Positions 1 through 10,300 of a stretch of DNA of 64,000 nt are shown here, in pieces (position 1 is the stretch's first letter; each line of letters starts with the position of its first letter). The notes beneath the pieces are model-generated. The model did not search any database. It was given only the letters and a program-made list of their open reading frames with translations, and was not told the DNA's origin. A program made the position numbers and the translations under genes. The DNA is from Caecitellus pseudoparvulus (Eukaryota; Protista; Bigyra: Bicosoecida): the NCBI GenBank assembly GCA_965644315.1, contig CBFFRQ010000020.1, forward strand, positions 1-64,000, written 5' to 3'.

Positions 1-508
1 CCGTTCTGAACGCATGCTCTGGGCGGTACGCATCCCCCGCGTGCACGTCAATCATGCGCTCACCATCCAGAGACAGAAGAAGCCGCACCACTTCAACGTG
101 TCCGCCCCTGCACGCCTCACGAAAAGCCCATTCACAATTGTTTCCGTATCCCGCATGCACGTCAATTTCCCGATCTCCAGTCAGCGCCAGCAGCTCCCGC
201 ACGACATCCAGTCGTCCATAGGTACATGCCTCCTGAAAGGCAACCTCAGGTCTCCTCCAGTACCCGGCATGCACATTGACAGCTTGTCCTCCTTTCAGTG
301 ACAACAACGAGCGCACCACCGCCAGCCGTCCTGCCCTGCAGGCCACGATGAAGCCTGCAGTTGACTCCTCTGCTGACAGCCACTTCAGCCAGCTCATGTC
401 CCCAGGCGGACACCCGCGCATCAAGGCCCGCAGATCAGCAGCATCTCGCGAATCTCTTTTCATCTGATATGGGCTAACACTCCGCTTTCCACCGTTTGCA
501 TTTGCCAT
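1..508 (-). CDS. Ankyrin-repeat protein (38-aa repeat variant); 3' end lies beyond the window start
   Basis: Absent from the ORF track because there is no stop inside the window. My translation from ATG 508: MANANGGKRS...GFIVACRAGRLAVVRSLLSLKGGQAVNVHAGYWRRPEVAFQEACTYGRLDVVRELLALTGDREIDVHAGYGNNCEWAFREACRGGHVEVVRLLLSLDGERMIDVHAGDAYRPEHAFRT. The repeated AF.EAC..G.L.VVR.LL...IDVHA pattern is ankyrin-like. Confidence 0.85.
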   Translation of the reverse strand, partial: MANANGGKRSVSPYQMKRDSRDAADLRALMRGCPPGDMSWLKWLSAEESTAGFIVACRAGRLAVVRSLLSLKGGQAVNVHAGYWRRPEVAFQEACTYGRLDVVRELLALTGDREIDVHAGYGNNCEWAFREACRGGHVEVVRLLLSLDGERMIDVHAGDAYRPEHAFRT

Positions 509-991
509 TGCTTGCTTGTGCGTCTGCGTCAGATTCCGCACGTGACCTTGGTGCGCTGGTGTGCACAGCTCCTGCACAGTAGTGTCACCGGGTGTGGCAA
601 GCCACTGGAGTGGGCTGTTAATTGGCAGAGTGATTGTTTGGGTGCATTGTTTGTGTCAGGGTAGGCTTGATGTTGGCCTCATTTGTGGCGTTTGAGGAGG
701 GGGGCGTGGGTCACAGTGGGGGTGGTGCGCAGGCTGGCCACGCTTGCAACGCGTATGTCTTCTGGCGCATCAACGCGACTCCCACACGGAAATATCGAAT
801 GCAGTGCACACCGGACTGCACTGGAGTTGCTCTGTCTCGACGGGGCTTCAAGTGGGCAGGCATGCTGCTTTGGCGCGAAGCACAAGCCCACCTTCTGCAT
901 TGCGCTCCTCACAAGCATCGTCCAGGCAAACCCAGCTGCAGGACTGGCGCCAGGCGCCACACATGCGCTGCAACCCTCCCAACACAGCATT

Positions 992-2980
992 TTACGCCAA
1001 GTGCAGGCCAGCAGAGCCCGCTGTGCCCAGGGCCCCGACGATCAAGCCCAAGACAGCGATGGCCCAGTGTGCAACGTAAGCCCACCGACTCAGGTCCTCC
1101 TTGAACAGCTGCGCGTACATGGCAGGCGGGACGACCACCGAGGCGAAGAACGACAGCACGGAGCCGGCCAGGGCCATGACGAGGCCGAAGTCTGGCACGC
1201 CGATGGCCATGCCCATGACACCCGCCCCCAGCAAGGACCGGACGATGGCCGCCCGCACCCAGGAGGCCCACGAGTCAGGAGCCTCGCCCTCGTCTGCACC
1301 GTCCTTCGTGTCGCCCTCCCCCGGGTGCAAGAGGGACTCCTTCAGTCCCCCCCCGCTGTGGGGGTCCCTGCCCCCCCCTCGCCGCATGCTTGCGGGGGTG
1401 GGCGGCAGGGACGCCGTGCCGGCTGCGAGGGCCCCCAGGTCCATGGACACCGTGGACCAGGCCCTGTCCCGCAGGTCTGCCTGCAGGGTGGATGGGGCGA
1501 CGGAGGAGCTGCCCTCCCGCTCCCACGCTGCGACCTCCTGAGCGTGTCGCGCAGCGACCCACGGCAGGAACGCCCAAAAGCTGCGGCGAGGTCTGGGTCG
1601 TCGGATTGCCATGCGCAGGGGCAGGGGCTCGGTCTTCTGTGGCGCCAGGGCAGGGGAGCGGCCACTGAGCAGGGTACCCGGGCGCACGAGCCCCGAGCTG
1701 CCCTGCGCCGTGGACCCCCGTGTGACGGCAGAGACACTGCCTGTGTCGCCCGGCGACGAGTCTGGACTGAGGGCGAAGGGGGTGCCGTCCTCCAGCGCTG
1801 CCAGGGTGTCCTCAGTCAGGGCGCCGCTGTCCTGGCGGTCATGCCAGGGGGCGGGTCCGGCCCCCCTCCCACCCCCCTTGCGCAGGGCCCAGGGGGGGAG
1901 GGGGCGCACAGTCCACAGGCCACTGGCCTCCAGCAGGTCCTCCAGCACCGCCGACACAGGCACGATGGCCATGGCGAACTTGCAGAGGGTGGAGATGAGG
2001 AGCGCCCACAGAACGGCGGTGGTGAGGGCGCCGTGGGGGAGGTTGAGGCTGATCTCAGGTCGCACGTCGGGGCCGTACATCATGTACCCCGCCGCGGCAG
2101 TGCCGCCGTAAATGACGGTGGTCAGTGCAAAGGCGATGTCCAGGACTCTGGGGAAGGTGCCCCGGTCCTGCATGCTGACGTACACGGAGGGCAGGGAGGG
2201 GTGTCCTCCGAAGCCCACCATCCACAGGCCGATGCTGTAGGCGACGTCGCGGGTGTTGAACCAGCACATGGGGCTGGGTTCCAGCAGGGAGCCCTCTTGC
2301 TCCGGCGCCGTGAAGCCCGAGTACAGCAGCACGCCGACGAGGAAGAAGGAGGTGGCGATGCCGAGCAGGGACAGGTAGGAAAAGACGCTGAGGTCGCGCA
2401 GCCAGGTGGTGGGGGTCATCACCGCCCCCGCCACGAGCAGGGCCAGGTACAGGGGCAGGCTGGGGAAGAGGGCGTGCAGGGATGTGCCGAACACGAGCAT
2501 GTACGAGACGCCGCCGGAAATAGCGCACTCCAGCATGAAGCAGGCGCTGATGACGATGACGCCGGTGCGGCCGAAGGCCTTCTTCGCTGAGGTGGATGAG
2601 GGGAGGGGGTGACGCCGTGCTGTGGCGCGGCACGGCGGTACGCGAAGTCGCACGCACCAATGTCGACATAGTTCCCGCACTCCTCCGGTCCGCCCCCCTT
2701 CTCGATGCAGTCACCCAGCAACTGGGCCGTGTACCGACACACTAAGGCCGTCAGAAGCAGCAAGATAATGCCGTATCCGACACCGGCCTCGCGCAGGGCA
2801 AACGGGTAGCTCAGTATTCTGCGTGGAGCAGGTGGTGGTGGGTGCGGAAATTGCGAGCGCACTCCGAGTGCTTCGCACGCACCCCAGGCCCACGAGGAGG
2901 TTCACTGTGTTGAAGAGGGATGCGCCGAAGTTGGCAGTGCCAATGATGGCACCGCCTGACGACTTTGCGCCCTCCCCCAT
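992..2980 (-). CDS. Amino acid transporter, AAAP/Aa_trans family (AVT1-like); 3 exons; start uncertain
   Basis: Exons 2883-2980, 2658-2818 and 992-2586, separated by GTGCGT...CAG introns at 2819-2882 and 2587-2657. The spliced product has ASLFNTVNLLVGLGILSYPFALREAG, YTAQLL, YVDIAKKAFG, PTTWLRDLSVFSYLS, GFGGHPSLPSVYVSM, GYMMYG and VPDFGLVMALAGS, all typical AVT1 motifs. A further 5' exon cannot be excluded. Confidence 0.88.
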
Positions 2981-3282
2981 GCCCACCGGTCGCTGTCACT
3001 GCTTCCCGAGTTTGCCGCAGGCTGTCGAAGCTCCTCTGCTAGGGCAGAGTGTTGTGCAGCTGCGCAGGCGCCTGGGCCCGCCAGCGGGACTTGCTCGCAG
3101 GCAAGTCGCAGGACAGTGTAGTGATACAGCGGTCTGCGGCATGCACACGCCGTGGGCCGTCCACATGCATGCATTCCGTGCCCGCACCAGCTGGGCCGTG
3201 CTCGCGCTGTCGGGATTTTGTTCGACGGCTTCGAGGGGCGGCTTTGCAGCCGTTTCGCGCACCATGGTCCCCCCCCTGCCCA

Positions 3283-4827
3283 TCAGGCATGGGACCCTCC
3301 CACCAGCCCCTGCAGCTCAATGTCCCCCGTGCCAGCCGTGCCGTCGTCGTCTTCCTGCTGGTCGCCGATGCCGAAAACCGCGGCGCTGGTGGGCACAGGT
3401 GGCCCCACTTCTGCGCCGCTGGCGAGCGACACGTGGGAGCCTTCCCCCTCTGCACCCTCTGCCCGCCCTGCAGACGGCGTTTGGCCACTACCCGCGTCGT
3501 CCACTGTCGCATACCCCGCAGTCTCCCGCCGTGCCAGCGCAATCCGAGTCGCTGCAGCCATGCTCAGACCCAGCCCCACGAACACCTGTGCAACCCACCA
3601 CGCCCGCCGCCCGCCCAGGCTTCTGAACAGCGCACCACCCACAAGGGAGCCGAGGGACACCCCTACACCCCAGTGCACGCCACCCAGCAGGCCCTGCACC
3701 GTGGAGGTGGTGCCGGGCGGTGCGATTTCCGCTGCGAACTGCACGCAGCACGCCCAGCCAATGCCGTACGTGATGCCGTGCAGCAGCTCCGCCGGCATCA
3801 CCGCCCAGGGGTGCACAATGACGGCGTAGATGACGAGGCGGATGCCATAGCACACCAGCGCAGCGACGAGCAGGTTCAGGTGCCCCCAGCGCTTGATGAG
3901 GGCCTCGCTGTAGTAGAAGAGCGGAACTTCGGTTGAGCAGGTCACCGCTAGGGAAATGCCCATGAGGGTCTCATCGCCACCCAGTTCCTCCAGCCAGATG
4001 AAGATGAAATTGGTGATGACTCCCATGAGACACCCCATGCACATGACCATGGCTGCGAAGGTGCCCACGTGCAGCTTCAGCAGTGCGCGCAGTCGTGTGG
4101 CCAACGGCGCCTCGCGTTTGTCAGCCGGCGATGCTTCAGCCGGCGCTGCCGCCGCAGCCTCTGGCGTGTCTGCATGTGGACCAGCCTTGGCTGGGAGGGG
4201 CGGCATGAAGGTCACCGACAGCGCCGCTGCGAGCGTCAGCGCGCCGTACATGAGGAACATATTGCGTTTGCCGATGCCCAGGAAGTTGCCGCTTTGGGCC
4301 GCCCCGACGACAATGGAGGTGAGGCCCCACCCCACCGCCCCGAACAGGCGCAGCTTGCCGTACTGCTCACGCCTGCCTTCTGCGGCCAGGATCTGCACGG
4401 TGTGGCTGTCCATGATGGCGGCGAAGGAGGAGGCCACCAGCTCCGCCACCACCACCATGGCTGCGGTGGCTGGGAAGCTGGACACGCCCAGCAACACCAT
4501 ACGCAGGGCGGCCCCCACCAGCAGCTGCACCAGCATGACAGGCTTGGTGTCGTGCAGCAGGTCAGCCACTGCCCCTGCCATGGGGCCGGAGATGAGCAGC
4601 ATGGCAGGGCGCAGCGCCAGCAGCACGCCTAGCTGCAGCGGCGTCGCCCCCCGCGCTGCGAACCAGACGCTCAGAAAGGGCACGAAGCAAGAACTGGCGC
4701 TGCTCGTGAGGTAGTACGTCAGGGCGATGCGCCCATGCTTGGGGCCCAGGCCGCACCAAGCCGTTCGATACCAGGGCTTGGTCGCCGTCGCCGTCGTTGG
4801 CTCTGCTGGTGGTGAGGTTGGCTGCAT
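3283..4827 (-). CDS. Major facilitator superfamily transporter, MFSD6/MFS_1_like
   Basis: First ATG of ORF 3283-4941 is at 4827. About 12 hydrophobic segments, with motifs CFVPFLSVWF, YGKLRLFGAVGWG, FIFIWLEELGG, EVPLFYYS and ELLHGITYG. Confidence 0.88.
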   Translation of the reverse strand: MQPTSPPAEPTTATATKPWYRTAWCGLGPKHGRIALTYYLTSSASSCFVPFLSVWFAARGATPLQLGVLLALRPAMLLISGPMAGAVADLLHDTKPVMLVQLLVGAALRMVLLGVSSFPATAAMVVVAELVASSFAAIMDSHTVQILAAEGRREQYGKLRLFGAVGWGLTSIVVGAAQSGNFLGIGKRNMFLMYGALTLAAALSVTFMPPLPAKAGPHADTPEAAAAAPAEASPADKREAPLATRLRALLKLHVGTFAAMVMCMGCLMGVITNFIFIWLEELGGDETLMGISLAVTCSTEVPLFYYSEALIKRWGHLNLLVAALVCYGIRLVIYAVIVHPWAVMPAELLHGITYGIGWACCVQFAAEIAPPGTTSTVQGLLGGVHWGVGVSLGSLVGGALFRSLGGRRAWWVAQVFVGLGLSMAAATRIALARRETAGYATVDDAGSGQTPSAGRAEGAEGEGSHVSLASGAEVGPPVPTSAAVFGIGDQQEDDDGTAGTGDIELQGLVGGSHA

Positions 4828-5191
4828 GCTGCCAAGTGGAGGTGCGGTATTTGGTTCCTCACCGCTCCGCCAGCGTTGGGCTGCCTGTTCTCCGGTTCGG
4901 AGGAAATCTGAAGGGGTGGCGATTGAGCTAGCCGCACACAATTGAAAGGGTAGTCGGATCTCCAGCTAGATGCATTGGGACCAGGCCATGTTTCGCCGTG
5001 GCTAGGCTGCAGTGTTGGAGAGCGGAGCTCGGAATTTGAGCACTCTTCGTCTTTGACACTTCACCAGCCCACGTCGGCCTGTAGACCGGGCTTCGCACGC
5101 ACACTTGCGAGTTTCCTGCTTTACTTCCCAGAAAACCGGTGAACTCTGGCCCTCGCTCGGTGAAAGGCGTGGTATGCTGCACAGCGGAGCG

Positions 5192-7351
5192 ATGTTTCTG
5201 CGGAGGTGCGCTGCGTTGGCGTTGGTGGTAGCCTGGTGCAGCGCAGCCTGGACCAACGCCGCAGGACAACAGTCTGATCCCCTGCTTGCATGCCCAAGTC
5301 AGACACACGGCTCGCCAACGGCGTGTGCTCAGTACCTGTTTCAGCAAGGCGGCGCCCTTCGCCACTCGCCGCAGGCGGCCCTGGCAGCGGTGCGGTGTGC
5401 AGCCCACCTGCACCTCGCAGGGGCTGACGAGGTCTTCCTTGCCGCCGAGCTGAATGCGGCAGCACAAGCCATGCAATTGAGTGAGGTGGACATTGCGGCG
5501 GAGCACCTGGGCAGGCTGCGGGTCGGCATCGGAGCCGCCTTGCACCGGGCCGGTGAGTGCGAAGCAGCCTCGCCACGCCACTGTGACGACTGGCCGAGCA
5601 GGGCGTTTCCTCAAGCTTCTGTGACCGCCGCGAGGGGCGTGCAGATACCCAGCACATCAAACTCACTTGTGGACGTCATGTGTGACTGGGCATGGAACTC
5701 TGCGCAGCTCGCTCTGCTCCCGGGGGCTGGGGCTGTTGCGAAGGACGCACGGTCGGCTGCGAAGTGGCTGCTTGCAGGGGCCGACTTGCAGGGGGCGGGC
5801 GGGAATCACACTTGGTGTCGAGGGATAGGGAAAGTCGAGACGGTTGCCCTTGTTCTGTGGGTGGCGCGGGAGGAGCTGCGGTTTGGGGCAGAGCGGGAGC
5901 TGCGCGTGTGGCTCGCTCCCCGCGTTCTCGCAGCCGCGACCTCTGCCTTGGCCAGCAAGCGACCGCCCCCCATCTCGTGCTTTGACGCACGACACACTGC
6001 ACTACAACCCATCACATTCCTCGCTCTCTGTCTGGCTACCGGTGCGGCGTCTGTTCCGTGGGCAGGGCAGCAATGGTGGCGACGGGCTCTGCCGCTCCAC
6101 GCCAAGTCACCCCAGCGCCTGCGCCTCTTGTGGCTGTCGCCAGACCTGCACGAGGGGCACCCGTATGGAATCCAAGTGAAAGGCATGCTAGAGGAGCTGC
6201 AGGCCCCAAGCAGTGCCATGCAGCACGTCTTGGTGTCCCCAATCGCCCTGCAGCAGCCGCTGAGGGCCGACGTGCAGTTCCTGCCCGATGGAGTCAGGGA
6301 GGCCAGTCGCATGCTGGCCCAGGCACAAGCAGACATCCTCATGGATGGCCAGGGCGCTGTGGCGGCTGCTCGTCCGGGCGTGCTGCATCGTCGAGCAGTG
6401 GCGGCAGTGCACGTTGCTGCTGTTGCATTGACCACAACGTCGGGCGTCGCCAACACACACTTCGCTTGGAGCTGTCCCTACCTCGTGCCGGCAGAGTTCG
6501 CGTGGCACTTTGCAGAGCAACAGCTGTACTTGCCTGCAGCGCCACACTTCCTGTACCCCAGTGCGCTCGTCTCCAGTGCACTGCAGGCTCCCCAACCACC
6601 GCACCAAGCCACGGCGCCTCAGCACCCTCACATTCGCCTCGTTCTCGCCCCGTTCAAACACCGAAAGCTCACCTTGCAAGCGCTGCAGCTGTGGGTGTCA
6701 AGTGTCCTGCGTTTGCCCAACACAGCCATTGCGTTCACGTGCTCCCAGGCGCATGCAAGCGCCTTGCGACGAGTTTCCGCTGCGTTGGGGCTGCACCCCC
6801 GCAGGCTGCGCTGGCTGCCGCACCTGCCCAAGGCGCGGCACATGCAGCGCCTGAAGCGCGTGGACCTGCAACTGGACCACTTCAACATGGGCCACACGAC
6901 TGCGCTGGATGCGCTGCTGTCAGGGACCCCCATCGCCACGGTGGTGGACGACCACGTAGGGCAGCGCGTGCCGGCGGCCGCCCTGGCCGCCACCCTGCCT
7001 GCTCGCCTTCGCCCTGGCGTCGTCACGCGCAGCCAGCGCAGCATGGCCCGCTCCCTTTCGGACATACTCTCGTGTCCCACCTGCCCAGTGGCCATTCGCC
7101 GGCGCCTCGCCAGTGCAGTGTCGGCGTTTTGGCGAAGCAGGCAGCTCGGCAGCGCCGCCGCCCTGAGTCTGCGTGCAGCCTCTGACGTCTCCCGCATGCT
7201 TGCCCTGGCGCCACGCAGTGACGCAACTCTTCACAAGTGCGACGTGTGGCGCAGCCAAGGCGTGGGCCAGGCGGGGGGCGCCTGCCAGGCGCCGTTTCCG
7301 CACGTGTTACCAGCCATGCACCGGCACGCAGCGCGCTTGCATTTAGAATGA
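5192..7351 (+). CDS. Glycosyltransferase family 41 (OGT/SPINDLY-like catalytic domain) with predicted N-terminal signal peptide
   Basis: MFLRRCAALALVVAWCSAAWTNA looks like a signal peptide. LRLLWLSPDLHEGHPYG matches OGT LRVGYVSSDFGNHP. Other OGT-like blocks: ADILMDGQG..ARP, TSG..PAEFAWHFAEQQLYLP, FKHRKLT...LWVSSVLRLPN, and HMQRLKRVDLQLDHFNMGHTTALDALLSGTPIAT matching OGT GHTTGMDVLWAGTPMVT. Confidence 0.8.
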   Translation: MFLRRCAALALVVAWCSAAWTNAAGQQSDPLLACPSQTHGSPTACAQYLFQQGGALRHSPQAALAAVRCAAHLHLAGADEVFLAAELNAAAQAMQLSEVDIAAEHLGRLRVGIGAALHRAGECEAASPRHCDDWPSRAFPQASVTAARGVQIPSTSNSLVDVMCDWAWNSAQLALLPGAGAVAKDARSAAKWLLAGADLQGAGGNHTWCRGIGKVETVALVLWVAREELRFGAERELRVWLAPRVLAAATSALASKRPPPISCFDARHTALQPITFLALCLATGAASVPWAGQQWWRRALPLHAKSPQRLRLLWLSPDLHEGHPYGIQVKGMLEELQAPSSAMQHVLVSPIALQQPLRADVQFLPDGVREASRMLAQAQADILMDGQGAVAAARPGVLHRRAVAAVHVAAVALTTTSGVANTHFAWSCPYLVPAEFAWHFAEQQLYLPAAPHFLYPSALVSSALQAPQPPHQATAPQHPHIRLVLAPFKHRKLTLQALQLWVSSVLRLPNTAIAFTCSQAHASALRRVSAALGLHPRRLRWLPHLPKARHMQRLKRVDLQLDHFNMGHTTALDALLSGTPIATVVDDHVGQRVPAAALAATLPARLRPGVVTRSQRSMARSLSDILSCPTCPVAIRRRLASAVSAFWRSRQLGSAAALSLRAASDVSRMLALAPRSDATLHKCDVWRSQGVGQAGGACQAPFPHVLPAMHRHAARLHLE

Positions 7352-7376
7352 GACACGGAACGTGCAAGCGTGGAGG

Positions 7377-10300
7377 TCACTGCTTGCCCTCGCTGCGGGC
7401 GCTGTCTGCGCCAGCGGCAGTCATGAACGTCCCTCGTGGACTGCCGGCCTGTACTTTCACAGGGGCCGGTGCGATGGGCGCATCAGGCTCGCTCAGGACG
7501 CCGGGCGCTGGGGCGAGCGTGCCCTGCCCCGCCTCTGCCGACAGACCCGACAGCGCAGAGGACTGAGGTCGATCAGGGGGCGGGCTGTCCGCCGTGCGCG
7601 AGGCGGCGCCGGCATCTGCCACTGTGGGCGGGGCGGGGGACGGAGCAGCCTCGCGCACGCCCACGGATGAGACTGTGCTGGCTGGGCGGCTGGCACGCAC
7701 GCTGGCGCTGGACGGCACGACACGCGCCCGGGGCTCCTCCGGCACGCCTTCACTGGCGCTGCTGTGCCCTGTCGCGGGGCGGGAGAGGCCAGAGCCCGGC
7801 TGGGGCTGGCTGGGAGAGGAGGTGCTGGCGCGAGGGGGGGTGTCAGGGCGTTCCCCGCCCCCCTCCTCGCCCTGTGCTCTGGAGGCAGCAGCGGAAGGGC
7901 CACGCCCGCCCTCCGTGGATGCCTCCCACGACGACGAGGCACTGTCCGCAGTCGGCCGCTCGCCTTCAGCGTCAGGCAGCGGCGAGTCCGGGCACGGGGC
8001 AGACGCGCCCTCGCCTGCCTCCCCAGCGGACTCCCCGCTCTGCACGGGGCTGAAACGTGCGCCGCTTCCAGCATCTGCACCATCAGCTGCCTTGCCCCCT
8101 CCCTCCCGGCTGCGTGCCGATCCCAGCGCGGCCGCCTGCGCTGCGATGGAAGCTGCCACGGCCTGGGCGGCAGCGGTGGCGGCGTCGATGTTGGCTTGCA
8201 CCGTCTGCGGCGGCGGCAGGGACGGCGTGACGGGGGAGGTGGGCAGGGGCGTCCCCTCTGCCGCCTTGCTGGGCCGCTGCCCCCGTGTGGGGGTGGGCCC
8301 ATGCTGCGGCGCCGGGGCGGGGCGCCGCGGCGCAGGCGACGCCTTACGCCCGCCACCGCCCCTTGCCCGCAGAGGACTCACGCGGCGACGGGCTGCCTTC
8401 CTGCCCTTGCCACCCCGCCGCCGCGCGGGGCTGCGTCGAGCAAATGGCGAGGCAGCCTTGGCCTCTGCGCGGTGCAGGCTGGAGGCACCCACGCGCTGGA
8501 GCGTCTTGACTACCCGCAGAGCTGACTGTGTGGCGCCGGTGAGGTTGGTGAGGGTGGCGCCAAGCTCCCGTGCATGGTCCACGAGCTCCTGCACCTGCTG
8601 TGGGCCAACCGCGGCGGAGGCGGTGTCGGGCTGCGCCAGGCCAGCGGCCATATCCCGGTAGGCCTCCAGCTTGGTCAGGGCATCCGCCACGGCAGGATGC
8701 GTTTCCCGCAGGCTCTTCACCATGGCCCGAGCCATGCGCACGCCGGTACGGGGGCGGCTGCTGGCGGGCGAGGAGCCAGTGGACCGCACTGCACTGCGGG
8801 GCGCTGCCCGCCTGCCGTGCGTCGCGCGAGGGGGGGTGGACGGAGCAGGTGTGGAGCCGGCTGGCGCCGGCGGCGTCGTGGCGCGGGGGGGGGGCTGGTC
8901 ACCCCCTCCGCCCTGGCCCCGGGGGGCGTGGCGCCGCATGTGGCCTCGCATGGCAGCCTGACCGTAGGGACTGGGCCCGGTGCGCCCCCTGCGACGGGCA
9001 GGAGACACGCGGCGGCGGCCGTCGGAGCCCTGGGCGGAGGCGGCCCGCCCACCCGGCGCGGCGATGGGGCTTAGCTTCATGCGCCCGCTGCCGTGCACTT
9101 CCATGGGCTTGCGAGGGGGGGTGGTGGGCACCGCCATGCGCATGTGCGTGGGCAGGGGGCGGCTGCCTGGGGCCGTGGGGGGGGGGAGGTGCCGCGGGCC
9201 GCCCCGCCCCCCCCCCTCCCGAAGGCTCGCCTCCACCGCCTCCAGCCCAAAGTTGTCCAGCGGCACGTGGCCTGGGGTCTTGAGGAAGCGCCTGGCCGTC
9301 TCGTGGCGCGCGGGCTGCGGCAGGGCCGCCAGACGGTGCGTGTCCAGGCCCGCAGCGGAAGGCGCTGCACCTTGCGATGGGACGGGGGCGGTGGTGGCGG
9401 CTGAGGCGTCCTTCCCTCGCCGGGCGCCTTCCGCTGGGGTAGGCAGCAGGCGCATGTGGACTCGGGGGGACCCCGTGCGACCCCCCTCGCCGGCGTGCGA
9501 CACCCCCCCCTCGGCGCCCGCCTCCGGTGCAGCCCAAGCCAGGCGACTAGCAAAGGAAGGCGCCGGGATGCGGCTGCCCCGTCCGTAGCGGGCATGTGCC
9601 AGTGAGGAGGGGGACGTCACGCCGGCCGAGCTTGGCACAGTGGCTGCTGGCCGGGCGGCAGGGCTGGTCGCCGCCGCCGACTCCGACGCGGCTGCGGGGC
9701 GCTGGGGGGTGTCGGCGCCAGAGGGTGCGGCGGCGTGGCGCTTGGGGCTGGCCCGGGCACGGCGGACAGACGGCAGGGCAGAGGCGGCAGGGGCGGCGGC
9801 GGGTGCCAGCCCCGACCCTGCAGCCGTTAAGTTGCCGCGCCGCGCCTCCTCGCGCCGGACGTGGGCCCACGCCTTGCGGTCCAGGGCCCACACCTCCACT
9901 GGGCGAGAGGGCAGCTTGCGCACTGGCGCAGGCGCAGGTGCAGGTGCAGGTGCAGGTGTAGGTGCTGCCTTGCTCTCGCCTGGCTCTTCATCGTCACTGT
10001 CTGACCAGGCGTCGCTCCCACTGTCACCACCAGCCTTCGCTTCGCCTGCAGGGACCGGCGAGCTCTCAGCACTGGTGCCGCCACTGGCGCGGGGGGCAGC
10101 TTCCTCGCTTGGCTGAGTGGGCGGGGTGGGCAGCCCGAGGGATCGGGCTGCCAGCTTGGCCAGCAGGGGGCCAGCCGTGGCGGCGGCGGGGGGGGGGGGC
10201 TTGGGCCGCCGCCCCATGCGGAGGGCGTGTGGCGTCGCCGCCTCTGACAGCTGCACGCCCCGCCACACGAAGACGAGGGTGTCCTTGCTCACCCGCAGCG

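Noticed and set aside
683-2590. 635-aa plus-strand ORF and the many other long overlapping ORFs in the track
   Set aside because: These are antisense or alternative-frame shadows of real genes in high-GC DNA where stop codons are rare; they have no recognisable motifs.
2996-3283. Possible extra 5' exon or uORF of the AVT1-like gene (ATG 3265, intron-like GTGCGG...GCAG at ~3134-3187)
   Set aside because: Splicing it leads to an in-frame TGA at 2996-2998 before the transporter sequence; it cannot be supported as coding without RNA data.
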